DNA of 34,436 nt from a virus (IMGVR_UViG_3300030376_007093:1-34436); one strand, 5' to 3'; counted from the stretch's first letter, positions 18,508 to 26,952 are shown. A program made the numbers and translations. The notes: generated from the letters alone by a model not told the origin.

Positions 18508-19092
18508 ATGTCATGTAAAAATATTTTTAGTGTTGATTGTTCGACAATTAGCTGCCCTAGTGGGGCGCTAGGTGCTGCGGACGTTATGACACAGGATTGC
18601 AGTAGCGATATTAAAAGAAGTGAAGTTAATAGTATAGTTTTATTTCATCCTACGCTAGGAACAGACCCGACGAGCAACTGGCCGACACCCGCCGCCGTTG
18701 ATTTTTCAATAGACAACGCCGACACAACCGACGCCGACCAAAAACAATTTTTTGGGCGTGGCTCATTAGGCGAACCCGAAGCCGTTACAACGGTAATAAA
18801 TGACTTTAGAGAGTTTACACTTACAAAAGAATATACTCTAACATTTACGATATTTGACATAGGCGGCGACACATACGACTATATGCGTAAATTAGAATGT
18901 GGGGCGGTTGTTCCTTTGCTTTTATTTACAACCGTAGGCGGCGAAATGTACGGCAATAGCGGCGGAATTTGCCCGAAGTCTATACAACCCAGTTTAATTT
19001 TAGACGAAGGAAACGACGCCATTAAACGCTGGCAATTAGTCATAAAATGGGAAGCACAAACCGCACCCGACGCAGTAACGAACCCTTTATAA
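18508..19092 (+). CDS. Probable major tail (tube) protein
   Basis: 194 aa, acidic, GSLGEPE..YTLTFTI..YDYMRKLE pattern; followed by a strong terminator. Confidence 0.65.
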   Translation: MSCKNIFSVDCSTISCPSGALGAADVMTQDCSSDIKRSEVNSIVLFHPTLGTDPTSNWPTPAAVDFSIDNADTTDADQKQFFGRGSLGEPEAVTTVINDFREFTLTKEYTLTFTIFDIGGDTYDYMRKLECGAVVPLLLFTTVGGEMYGNSGGICPKSIQPSLILDEGNDAIKRWQLVIKWEAQTAPDAVTNPL

Positions 19093-19106
19093 ATCGTTCA
19101 TAATTT

Positions 19107-19143
19107 AAAAAGGTTGTTTATATTTATAGGCAGCCTTTTTTTT
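19107..19143 (+). terminator. Intrinsic terminator after capsid/tail-tube genes
   Basis: AAAAAGGTTGTTTATA / TATAGGCAGCCTTTTT stem with GU pairs, then T-run. Confidence 0.8.
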
Positions 19144-19167
19144 CTTATATTCATAAAAACTTATTTT

Positions 19168-20754
19168 ATGTACGCTAAAATCACGGCATATAATACAAGC
19201 GCGGCAACGTCTAGCGGGGGGCTATGCTCAAATTTTAGTATAAATCAATATTGGAAAAGTAGCTACAAAAACGTTTTTTACTTATGCTCAAACACCGCCC
19301 GCCCAGTATTTGAAGATATAATAGAAACAACTACCGATAGTACGGGGCAAACTAAGCGCATTTTAAATACAAGTATTGAAAAATATAGCCTTTCAGTATT
19401 GGCGGCTAGCCCGTTACTATCTTTTTTAAAAACGATAGATAAGCACGAAGTAAAAACGATTGAAATAATAAGCACGGGCGACATTTACAATATTAAAAAT
19501 ATTGATATTGAAGACGAAGGGGCAGCGCTTGACGTAGTGCAAAAGGTAAATATTACTTTTGAATTAGATGCTATTACTAATATAAAAGATACTATTTATG
19601 AAGACACAACGCAAAAGCTAGCGTATTTCGATAATAACGGCGACGGCACACCCGACATAAACGGCGAAGCACAATACACGCCAACGGCTTTAAATTTTAC
19701 AACCGATCAATTATATTATGAAGCGGACGGCGTAACACCTGCAACCGCTGGGGCGGTTCGTCTTTTGGTATATGCCGAAAGAAACGGCGAAAACGCGCTA
19801 ATCGGTCGCTTTAGCGGTAATTTTGGCGATAGTTTAACGGATGCTACAAAATGGAATACCCTTCAAAATTTGTATGATTATTTTGACGTTTCAAATACGG
19901 TAGGGCATACCAACGAAATAAAATTTTTCAAAAAGGCATGGGCTGAAGACTATGGATATTTATCGACTGAAAGCGAAGACAGAGCCGTAAAAATTCGTTT
20001 TGATCTAAGTATAGACGCGGGCGCATTTAATAGTACGACATTAGAATTAGTGTACACCGTTAACGGGGCATTTTCGACAACGGGCGTACTTAATGGCGCA
20101 GCGAAAACGTACGGTATAACGACGGTTAATAACTTAGATTTAAAAACTACAATAGGCGCAACGGCAGACGCCCGCGTAATTGGCGCAACGTCAAATAGTT
20201 CATTAATTACAAGTTTTCAACAAATAGCGCAAACCGTTAGCACTGTAAAATATTTAATAGATATTGAACCTAGCGGCGAAATTTCCCATTCTAATAATAG
20301 TACAACGGGGGCGGGGTATTTAGCTAGTAGTTACAGGGCAAGCGATAACACGGGTGCAACGTCAACAAACGCGTTAAATTATTCGTTTGGGGTTTGGGAA
20401 TTAGCACTAACAAAAGATTTACAACGGACTAACGTATTAAATTTTACTAGCGGTTTGTCGCCTTATCAAATTTTAATACCTTTTAAGTTTGATAAATTTG
20501 GTAGCTATACCGTAAACGGTAACGTAGTAAACAACACCGCCGAATTATTGCTTAATGGTGCAACCGCTGCGACGTTTTACTTAGCAACAGACGCCGCACA
20601 AATAACTAGCACCACCACACAGGCAACGGGCGCGGTAGCCGTTACACTACCCGATACAAATATTAATACATTACGTTTAAAAGTAGAAATAGGGGGCGCG
20701 CCTAATTTAGAAATATTTACAGAATTTGAAGCGCAGCTATACCCAATATTTTAA
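19168..20754 (+). CDS. Probable tail structural protein (start at ATG 19168)
   Basis: Track start 19114 lies within the terminator. Thr/Asn/Ala-rich beta protein containing a DNNGDGTPD loop. Confidence 0.65.
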   Translation: MYAKITAYNTSAATSSGGLCSNFSINQYWKSSYKNVFYLCSNTARPVFEDIIETTTDSTGQTKRILNTSIEKYSLSVLAASPLLSFLKTIDKHEVKTIEIISTGDIYNIKNIDIEDEGAALDVVQKVNITFELDAITNIKDTIYEDTTQKLAYFDNNGDGTPDINGEAQYTPTALNFTTDQLYYEADGVTPATAGAVRLLVYAERNGENALIGRFSGNFGDSLTDATKWNTLQNLYDYFDVSNTVGHTNEIKFFKKAWAEDYGYLSTESEDRAVKIRFDLSIDAGAFNSTTLELVYTVNGAFSTTGVLNGAAKTYGITTVNNLDLKTTIGATADARVIGATSNSSLITSFQQIAQTVSTVKYLIDIEPSGEISHSNNSTTGAGYLASSYRASDNTGATSTNALNYSFGVWELALTKDLQRTNVLNFTSGLSPYQILIPFKFDKFGSYTVNGNVVNNTAELLLNGATAATFYLATDAAQITSTTTQATGAVAVTLPDTNINTLRLKVEIGGAPNLEIFTEFEAQLYPIF

Positions 20755-20756
20755 TT

Positions 20757-21110
20757 ATGCGATTGATTGCACAAAATACCGATACCGTAGAAACGCAACT
20801 AGGCGAATACTTAGCAACCGTAACGGCGGGAACTATTTATAAAAATATTATTGTTCAAATAGAACAAACCGCGCCTTTTTGGGGTAAAAGATTGTTAAAT
20901 AAATTAGCCGCTGGGGTTATAGATCAAACGTACTATAATACTATTGTAAATAATCAAAGCAACGAACGGCAAATTATACAAATAGAAAGCACAAACGTAA
21001 ACAAAGCCGATTTAATCGACTTAGTGGGCGATTTAGAAATAGACACGGGCGGCGATAGTGCAAGTATTATTACAAACTTAAATAATATAAACATACAGTT
21101 AATAATATAA
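20757..21110 (+). CDS. Probable structural protein
   Basis: 117-aa coupled ORF. Confidence 0.65.
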   Translation: MRLIAQNTDTVETQLGEYLATVTAGTIYKNIIVQIEQTAPFWGKRLLNKLAAGVIDQTYYNTIVNNQSNERQIIQIESTNVNKADLIDLVGDLEIDTGGDSASIITNLNNINIQLII

Positions 21111-21112
21111 AT

Positions 21113-21670
21113 ATGAATTTATTAATAAAACAAGAAAATAGCTATATTCAAATATTAGACAATGACAATAATAATATTTTATTTGTTTGTTCATTTAATG
21201 CAACGGCTAACCCTAATTATACAGACTTTAAAACCATTGATATAGTAGATAATAACAGTATAGAAACCTTTAAATTACCTTTTGATAATTCTACAATATT
21301 TTTACAATTTCTTACAGGGTCAGCTACTCAATACGCGGGGACTTTTGAAAATTTAGTAGAAACATTAAACAATGATTTTTTTAAAGATTATAACGCCGCT
21401 ATTTTAGAGCAACTTAAAAGTGAAAATAATATTTATCATGAATTAAAAAGCGCCCCTTCAAATTTTGTTTTAACCGATTTTTTAGATCTATCATTTGCCG
21501 TTGTTTCGGGTAGCGTTGACGTTACAATTAATAGCGATACGGTTAACTATCCTATAACGGCATTTAGTAATAAAATTCTAGGCGCTGAATATTCAAAAGA
21601 TAATTATTTAAATAGTGTAACTTTTGACGGTTCGGGCGACGTATTAATAACATATACAAAAGCATTATAA
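21113..21670 (+). CDS. Probable tail-associated protein
   Basis: 185-aa coupled ORF, beta-rich, very AT-rich. Confidence 0.6.
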   Translation: MNLLIKQENSYIQILDNDNNNILFVCSFNATANPNYTDFKTIDIVDNNSIETFKLPFDNSTIFLQFLTGSATQYAGTFENLVETLNNDFFKDYNAAILEQLKSENNIYHELKSAPSNFVLTDFLDLSFAVVSGSVDVTINSDTVNYPITAFSNKILGAEYSKDNYLNSVTFDGSGDVLITYTKAL

Positions 21671-21671
21671 A

Positions 21672-22253
21672 ATGGGACTAATTACAATACCAATAATAGG
21701 GGGGTCGCAGAGTGTTAAAAATGAATTTGTAAATAATACATTTTTAAACCCTACCGTAGGACGCCAAACAACTAACACAATAGGCGTTAATCGTTTGCAT
21801 GGGTTTTGTTATAGTATAGACAACCAAATAGTTATAAATGGTGTAACAATAACCTGTACGGGGGCGGGGGGCGTTATAACGTCCGCTATTTATAAATACG
21901 ATTCAGATAATAACAACTTTGTAAAAGTAACAAATACCGAAACAAACGGCTATAATTCTTCGGTAAGCGGTTTTCAAACGGTATCTATTACAGAAACCAC
22001 ACTAGATCAAGGCATTTACTTAAATTTAATACATTCAGACACTCAAACGACAAATTTTTTATGTTTTGACCAACCCAAAAAGGACACACCTTTAGGGCGA
22101 GATTCTTCGGGGAATAAAATTTGCGGTTTTAAAAAGTTTAATTTTTCCCTTTCGGGGGCTTTGCCAACAACCGTAGACAATGGCGCCCCGTTTTTTCTAG
22201 TTGGCGTAAATTTCTTCGAAAAATATTCATCTTTTTTATTAAATATGGCTTAA
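21672..22253 (+). CDS. Probable tail fibre / receptor-binding domain protein
   Basis: 193 aa, Thr/Asn/Gly-rich beta sandwich-like (AIYK..TTLDQGIY), at the distal end of the tail module. Confidence 0.5.
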   Translation: MGLITIPIIGGSQSVKNEFVNNTFLNPTVGRQTTNTIGVNRLHGFCYSIDNQIVINGVTITCTGAGGVITSAIYKYDSDNNNFVKVTNTETNGYNSSVSGFQTVSITETTLDQGIYLNLIHSDTQTTNFLCFDQPKKDTPLGRDSSGNKICGFKKFNFSLSGALPTTVDNGAPFFLVGVNFFEKYSSFLLNMA

Positions 22254-22262
22254 AGTTTAATA

Positions 22263-22664
22263 ATGAATTTATATAAAATATATAAAAATAATTGGTATTG
22301 TAATAAACCGTTTGAAACAATAGAAAAAGCGCAACAATACGCAAATAGTTTAGGCGACGGCTACAACGTAGAATATATAAGCCCTTACACCCCTATAAGT
22401 ATTGGCGAACGTCAAAGCATGGATTTAGTTTTTTGTAATGATTTAATAAATACATTTGTATATGATAATAGGCAAGTACAAACAACTACCGAACAAAAGG
22501 CCGCTTTAATGGCTAAGTTTCAAAACTTGCTATTATTTGCGCAAGTGGGGGACGTAAAAACAATAAGCGCGGAACTGCCAACAATACCAATAGACGAAAT
22601 ATACACGCAAGCTAGAAAAGACAAATATATACAAATGGTAAACGATTATTTAGCACAATTTTAA
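22263..22664 (+). CDS. Hypothetical protein (possible fibre-associated chaperone)
   Basis: 133-aa ORF after the putative fibre gene. Confidence 0.6.
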   Translation: MNLYKIYKNNWYCNKPFETIEKAQQYANSLGDGYNVEYISPYTPISIGERQSMDLVFCNDLINTFVYDNRQVQTTTEQKAALMAKFQNLLLFAQVGDVKTISAELPTIPIDEIYTQARKDKYIQMVNDYLAQF

Positions 22665-22673
22665 TTTTTTGCA

Positions 22674-22943
22674 ATGAGTGAAAGCGGCGTATTATTAGGC
22701 GGTTCTTTATTAATGTTAACGGGTATTGATATAGTAAGCAATGAAATATTTTTAGATATTATTGCAAAACTGGGCGTTATTGGCGTTTTGTGGCTATGGC
22801 TTAAAGATATGCGCGCGCAAATGAAAGAACAACGGGCGCACTATCAAAAATTATTTGATGATCTCAAAGACCAACAAGACGAACAAAACGACAAAATAGA
22901 AAATTTGATAACTACAACGCTTTTAAAATTATTGAAAAAATGA
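22674..22943 (+). CDS. Holin-like membrane protein
   Basis: N-terminal hydrophobic segments (IIAKLGVIGVLWLWL) plus coiled-coil tail, BhlA-like layout; after tail genes. Confidence 0.55.
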   Translation: MSESGVLLGGSLLMLTGIDIVSNEIFLDIIAKLGVIGVLWLWLKDMRAQMKEQRAHYQKLFDDLKDQQDEQNDKIENLITTTLLKLLKK

Positions 22944-23143
22944 TATATAAAAAAAGTAAAAGTAAAATACAAAAAGTTAAAGGCATTAGTACAAAAGGCT
23001 TAACACAGGCGCAAGCGTCAAAGCTAAAGCAGCACGCAATACACCACACCCCCCAGCACATTAAAAAAATGATTGAAGAAATGAAGAAGGGTAAAACTTT
23101 CAACGCTTCGCATAGTTTGGCAATGTCAAAAATAGGGAAATGA
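22940..23143 (+). CDS. Small basic His/Lys-rich protein
   Basis: LKQHAIHHTPQHIKKM..GKTFNASH; ATGA-coupled. Confidence 0.7.
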   Translation: MIYKKSKSKIQKVKGISTKGLTQAQASKLKQHAIHHTPQHIKKMIEEMKKGKTFNASHSLAMSKIGK

Positions 23144-23229
23144 AAAAGAAAAAAATTAAACTACCCAAAAGGGGCGGGCGTGTAAGCACTAACAAAAAAA
23201 CAAAGGCGCGCAAATATGGCAAAAAGTAG
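23140..23229 (+). CDS. 29-aa protamine-like peptide MKKKKIKLPKRGGRVSTNKKTKARKYGKK (not in ORF track)
   Basis: ATGA overlap with the upstream stop, fills the gap to ATG 23216; 15 of 29 residues are K/R. Confidence 0.65.
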   Translation: MKKKKIKLPKRGGRVSTNKKTKARKYGKK

Positions 23230-23503
23230 AATACAAATAGGTAAAGTAATTACGATAAAGGGCAAAAAATACCGTATTGGGCGCAGCACGGCGAAGGGTA
23301 AGAAATACAAAGCTACACCTTTAAACGGTGGCGGCGTTGTAAACTTTGGCGCATCGGGTGCATACGCAAAGCCAAACACTAAAAAGGGTGATTCATACTG
23401 CGCGCGAAGTGCTGGCATAAAAAGCACTAAGAAAGGGGCAACGGCTAACGATTTTAGCCGTATGTTATGGAACTGTAACGGAAAAAAATCTATGCCTAAA
23501 TAA
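23216..23503 (+). CDS. Small basic protein (DUF6321/DUF5754-like)
   Basis: KGKKYKA..VNFGASG..KGDSYCARS..SRMLWNC; family named from memory of the motif. Confidence 0.65.
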   Translation: MAKSRIQIGKVITIKGKKYRIGRSTAKGKKYKATPLNGGGVVNFGASGAYAKPNTKKGDSYCARSAGIKSTKKGATANDFSRMLWNCNGKKSMPK

Positions 23504-23895
23504 TGAAACCAACGCCAACAAATAGCAAGCTATACAACCGTATTAAAAAACGTATTAAAAGCGGCTTAGACAAAAAAGGCGCTAGGTGGTCGGCTAGATC
23601 GTCGCAGCAGCTAGTAAACGAATATAAAAAGGCAGGCGGTAAATATAAAGGTTCAAAACAAAAATCTAGCCTTTCGGAATGGCAGCGGGAAACGTGGGTA
23701 AGTATTAATAGTGTCGGCGATATAGTCGGGGCGTGTGGGTCTAGTAGAACGAAAAGCGGTAAGCAATATAGGTGTTTACCAAAAAGCAAAGCGGAAAGCC
23801 TAACAAAGGCGCAACGAAAAGCAACCGCACAAAAGAAATTAAAAGCACCTAACCAAGTAATTAAAAACACTAAAAAAGCCCGCGTAAGGCGTTAA
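23503..23895 (+). CDS. Basic protein, DUF5872-like
   Basis: PTNSKLYNRIK..WSARSSQQLVNEYKKAGGKY..LSEWQRETWV..YRCLP. Confidence 0.7.
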   Translation: MKPTPTNSKLYNRIKKRIKSGLDKKGARWSARSSQQLVNEYKKAGGKYKGSKQKSSLSEWQRETWVSINSVGDIVGACGSSRTKSGKQYRCLPKSKAESLTKAQRKATAQKKLKAPNQVIKNTKKARVRR

Positions 23896-23905
23896 AATTA
23901 TAATT

Positions 23906-24151
23906 ATGTCCAAAGATACAAAAGACCAATTACACGCGCTTAAAATGCAAAATATGGCGCTTAAAATGCAAAACAACCAATTAATTGACTTTGTTGAAGA
24001 CGTGGGGGCTATTTGCTTACCCATAGCGGGCGAAATTGCAAGAGCAAAAGGTTTTTTAAAAATATTTAAAATTATAAAGTTAGCTATTAACTTAGCTAAA
24101 ATTTTAATTGATTTATTCGATAGCAAACCCCGTTTAAAACGTTGGTATTAA
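23906..24151 (+). CDS. Hypothetical protein with cationic amphipathic C-terminal helix
   Basis: Last + strand ORF before the bidirectional terminator. Confidence 0.7.
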   Translation: MSKDTKDQLHALKMQNMALKMQNNQLIDFVEDVGAICLPIAGEIARAKGFLKIFKIIKLAINLAKILIDLFDSKPRLKRWY

Positions 24152-24182
24152 ATGCAATGTTTTTTAGTGTGATTATATATAT

Positions 24183-24216
24183 AAAAAAGGGGTTAAGTTT
24201 TTACTTTTCCCCTTTT
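24183..24216. terminator. Bidirectional terminator between converging late and early blocks
   Basis: AAAAGGGG(24185-92)..AAG..CTT..CCCCTTTT(24209-16). Confidence 0.7.
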
Positions 24217-24220
24217 GCTT

Positions 24221-24403
24221 TTAATAGTTGTTTGTATTGCTTAATTCTATACATTCGCCGCCGTCCCCGTCCCAGCTATATTGTAGATCGACCACCACGC
24301 TAGGCGCTGGCTTTGGCTTTGATACTTTGAAAATTTTTAAATTCGCAAAGATTAAAAAAAGGGATATTATTAGCCCCGTAAGTCGTAAAGGTTGTTTTTT
24401 CAT
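24221..24403 (-). CDS. Small protein with N-terminal signal/TM segment
   Basis: MKKQPLRLTGLIISLFLIFANL; last gene of leftward operon. Confidence 0.65.
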   Translation of the reverse strand: MKKQPLRLTGLIISLFLIFANLKIFKVSKPKPAPSVVVDLQYSWDGDGGECIELSNTNNY

Positions 24404-24407
24404 TGTC

Positions 24408-24641
24408 TTAAATTTCGCCGTTAATTATTAAAGTTATTAAAGTATATTTCATTTGGTTTTTAAAGTCTAATGTAGTGCAAACTTTAGGTAAAGGGTAATT
24501 ATCTAAATTTTTTAAAACTAAATTGTTTTTATTTGAATCATTAATTAATAAATAATGTGCAGCCGTTGGGTCATTGTTTACAATTTCTATTTTTTTAGCT
24601 TTTGAAAGTATACCCGCTTCGTTTCTTGTTAAATTTTGCAT
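24408..24641 (-). CDS. Hypothetical early protein
   Basis: 77-aa ORF with leader ACAAAACAAAAATTAAGACATT. Confidence 0.7.
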   Translation of the reverse strand: MQNLTRNEAGILSKAKKIEIVNNDPTAAHYLLINDSNKNNLVLKNLDNYPLPKVCTTLDFKNQMKYTLITLIINGEI

Positions 24642-24817
24642 AATGTCTTAATTTTTGTTTTGTTTAAATTATTTATACATTTTATACAGGTTACATATTT
24701 TTTTATACTTGTAAAGTCTTTACATTTTGACCAATGTACACCGCAAGAAGTAGAAGCAACTATAAAAGATCTTTTTTTGTCGTCACTTATATAGTGTATT
24801 TTTATTTGTTTTCCCAT
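24629..24817 (-). CDS. Small putative zinc-binding protein
   Basis: IHY..SCG..VTCIKC. Confidence 0.65.
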   Translation of the reverse strand: MGKQIKIHYISDDKKRSFIVASTSCGVHWSKCKDFTSIKKYVTCIKCINNLNKTKIKTLCKI

Positions 24818-24996
24818 TCTTCGCCGTTATAATTATAAGTAAATTCTTTTACTAAAATACTGTTTTCAAACTTTGAAACCTTAACATTTGAAACAATGCC
24901 AATTTTTTCTAGTCTGTTCATTTCGATTTGAACATCTACAAAATTATATTTAAACTCTGAAACCCCGTTTTTAGATGTAATTAAGAAAGCGTCCAT
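24802..24996 (-). CDS. Hypothetical early protein (start MDAFL at 24996)
   Basis: Track start 25116 lies upstream of the promoter at 25069-25038; first ATG after the promoter is at 24996. Confidence 0.7.
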   Translation of the reverse strand: MDAFLITSKNGVSEFKYNFVDVQIEMNRLEKIGIVSNVKVSKFENSILVKEFTYNYNGEEWENK

Positions 24997-25037
24997 AATA
25001 AAAAGTTTTAAAAAAGTTTGTAACCGTTTGACAATAT

Positions 25038-25069
25038 CAAATATAGGGTGTTTACTTTTATTTTGCAAG
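25038..25069 (-). promoter_or_regulatory. Bacteroidota sigma70-type promoter
   Basis: Minus strand CTTG, 20 bp, TATATTTG. Confidence 0.8.
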
Positions 25070-25187
25070 TTTTTTGCGAAATTTATTTTTAATAAAATAC
25101 ACCCAAAACAAGCCAAACCGTTTATTTATCGGTTTTTAGGGCAAATAAAAAAAAATAAACTTTTTTTAGTAAATACGTTTTTACAAC

Positions 25188-25211
25188 AAAAAACCCCCTA
25201 AAAATAGGGGG
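25188..25211 (-). terminator. Intrinsic terminator after SSB-like gene
   Basis: CCCCCTA-TTTT-TAGGGGG then TTTTTT on the minus strand. Confidence 0.85.
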
Positions 25212-25236
25212 CTTAATGTGTAATTAATCAACTAAG

Positions 25237-25575
25237 TCAAAAGGGTAGGTCGTTATTTTCTTCAACTACCGCCGCCGTCTTTACCGCTGGCGTATCGTCG
25301 GTTTGTGTTTTGGTAATACGCCAGCCCCTTACATTAGTAAAATAAGTATTTGGCTTTGTCGTCGATTCCCTAGAGTAGACATTCATTTCAATAGTTACCG
25401 TGTCGCCGTCCTGTATTGTTTCGAGCATATCGGCGCCTTTATTAACAAAGTCAACACATAAAACGGGGTTGTATTGGTCGCCCGTTGAAATTAACAATTT
25501 TTGAATTTTAAAACTTTCGTTTACTTCGCGTACGTTTCCCTTTTTTAATACGTCGCCCGTGTGTGTTACGTTCAT
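25237..25575 (-). CDS. Single-stranded DNA-binding protein, DUF3127-like
   Basis: OB-fold pattern (GDTVTIEMNVYSRE..YFTNVRGWRI) with acidic tail ending NDLPF. Confidence 0.85.
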   Translation of the reverse strand: MNVTHTGDVLKKGNVREVNESFKIQKLLISTGDQYNPVLCVDFVNKGADMLETIQDGDTVTIEMNVYSRESTTKPNTYFTNVRGWRITKTQTDDTPAVKTAAVVEENNDLPF

Positions 25576-25762
25576 AATTTAAACTTTTAAAAGTGTTAAT
25601 AATATAATTATATAAATCTTTGTCATTTACATTTATAGGGCTTAATTGATGTAAACCCCCGCTAAATTGTAAATTGTTTATTTGTTCGTAATATTTATGT
25701 TTTTTACCGTCATGGTATAGCTTAGCCGCTACAACCGAAATTTTATACCTTTCTATTATCAT
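25508..25762 (-). CDS. Hypothetical protein
   Basis: Fills the gap between phosphoesterase and SSB; overlaps SSB by 68 nt. Confidence 0.55.
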   Translation of the reverse strand: MIIERYKISVVAAKLYHDGKKHKYYEQINNLQFSGGLHQLSPINVNDKDLYNYIINTFKSLNYERNTHGRRIKKGKRTRSKRKF

Positions 25763-25794
25763 AAATAGATTTAAAAATACAAAAAATTAGCAAC

Positions 25795-26925
25795 TTAATC
25801 GACATATTTTGTAAAACGTGCAATTTGTCCCAATTCGGGCGAATGTAAAAACGCTTCTAGCGCGGGTTTTGATTTATAGCCCTTTGCATTGTGCCACGCA
25901 TCAGCACCCGAAATACTACGTAAATACTCAATATGTACTTTATCTTTTATAATATTATTACTTTCTCTTAATACCGTAATATCATTATAATCTTTGCTTA
26001 GTATTTGTTTACTATTTTTTCTTATATGGTGGTGTAAATGTCCTAAATACCAATAACCGTATATACATTTTGCCCACGTTTTTTTAGCTTCTATTTTCAT
26101 AAGGTCGACTAAGTCGCGATCTTTCGCCGTGTCGCCGTGTGTGAACCCTAACAAGTTTACGCCATAGGCTAAATATTTACGCGGGTTTGCTTTTGTATTA
26201 AATACTATATTGGGGTTATTACAGAAATAGGCTTCTAGCGATTTACTGAAATAATAGCCGCTTAAATAGTCATGGTTCGACATAGTATGTATATAATAAA
26301 TATCTGTTTTTTTACTTAGTATTTCAATTATATGTATATACGCTTCAAAAGCCGCCGTAAACGTTTCGTAAAATTTTCCGCTTACATCTTGCGGCGTCCC
26401 CTTTGTGGTCGTATTTAAAAGTGTGTCAGTGTGTAAAACATCGTTCCCGCCGACTATTACAATTTGTTCAATATTAAAGTTATTGGTATAATCTAAAATA
26501 CCCGTTACGCCATTTATTAAACGATCTTTTGCTTTTTCTAGGTCGTATTTTTCGCCCGTTTCTTCAATAGTCGCCAGTTTTCCGAAGTGTATATCCGACG
26601 GGCTAATACATAAAAGAACGGGCTTATTATACCTTTTGCGCTCATACCGTGCCACCGTTGGGGATATTTCTCTTAATTGCTGGGTTGTTTCGTCTATCGC
26701 CTTTTTATAGTCTAATTCTTTGTTTTTGGCAAATATTGAATACTTTTTAGATTTATACCAATAGTGTTTAATATCTTCGGGCGGTATACCCGCCGCTTTA
26801 GCTTCATTCATTAACCCTTCTTTTTGATCTTTGAAAGCGTTAAACTCATATTCGCTAAAATGCTTTCTAAAAAATTCCGCGTGTTTTGGTGTGAACCATT
26901 GCGGCATACGTGGGCGGTTTTGCAT
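25795..26925 (-). CDS. Calcineurin-like metallophosphoesterase
   Basis: SDIHFG, GNDVLH, SNHD, THGD, GHLHH motifs in order. Confidence 0.85.
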   Translation of the reverse strand: MQNRPRMPQWFTPKHAEFFRKHFSEYEFNAFKDQKEGLMNEAKAAGIPPEDIKHYWYKSKKYSIFAKNKELDYKKAIDETTQQLREISPTVARYERKRYNKPVLLCISPSDIHFGKLATIEETGEKYDLEKAKDRLINGVTGILDYTNNFNIEQIVIVGGNDVLHTDTLLNTTTKGTPQDVSGKFYETFTAAFEAYIHIIEILSKKTDIYYIHTMSNHDYLSGYYFSKSLEAYFCNNPNIVFNTKANPRKYLAYGVNLLGFTHGDTAKDRDLVDLMKIEAKKTWAKCIYGYWYLGHLHHHIRKNSKQILSKDYNDITVLRESNNIIKDKVHIEYLRSISGADAWHNAKGYKSKPALEAFLHSPELGQIARFTKYVD

Positions 26926-26952
26926 GGCTTTTTTATTTAATATACGTTAATT

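Noticed and set aside
19114-19167. Hydrophobic N-terminal extension of the 546-aa ORF
   Set aside because: Overlaps the terminator hairpin; ATG 19168 is the plausible start
2891-24126. Numerous minus-strand ORFs within the late block
   Set aside because: Antisense shadows of long + strand genes, with no motifs or A-rich starts
24152-24182. Late-operon 3' UTR as another anti-leader element
   Set aside because: Only short (9 nt or less) matches to start regions were found
24997-25116. Longer start for the 24802 ORF
   Set aside because: Runs through its own promoter and operator boxes
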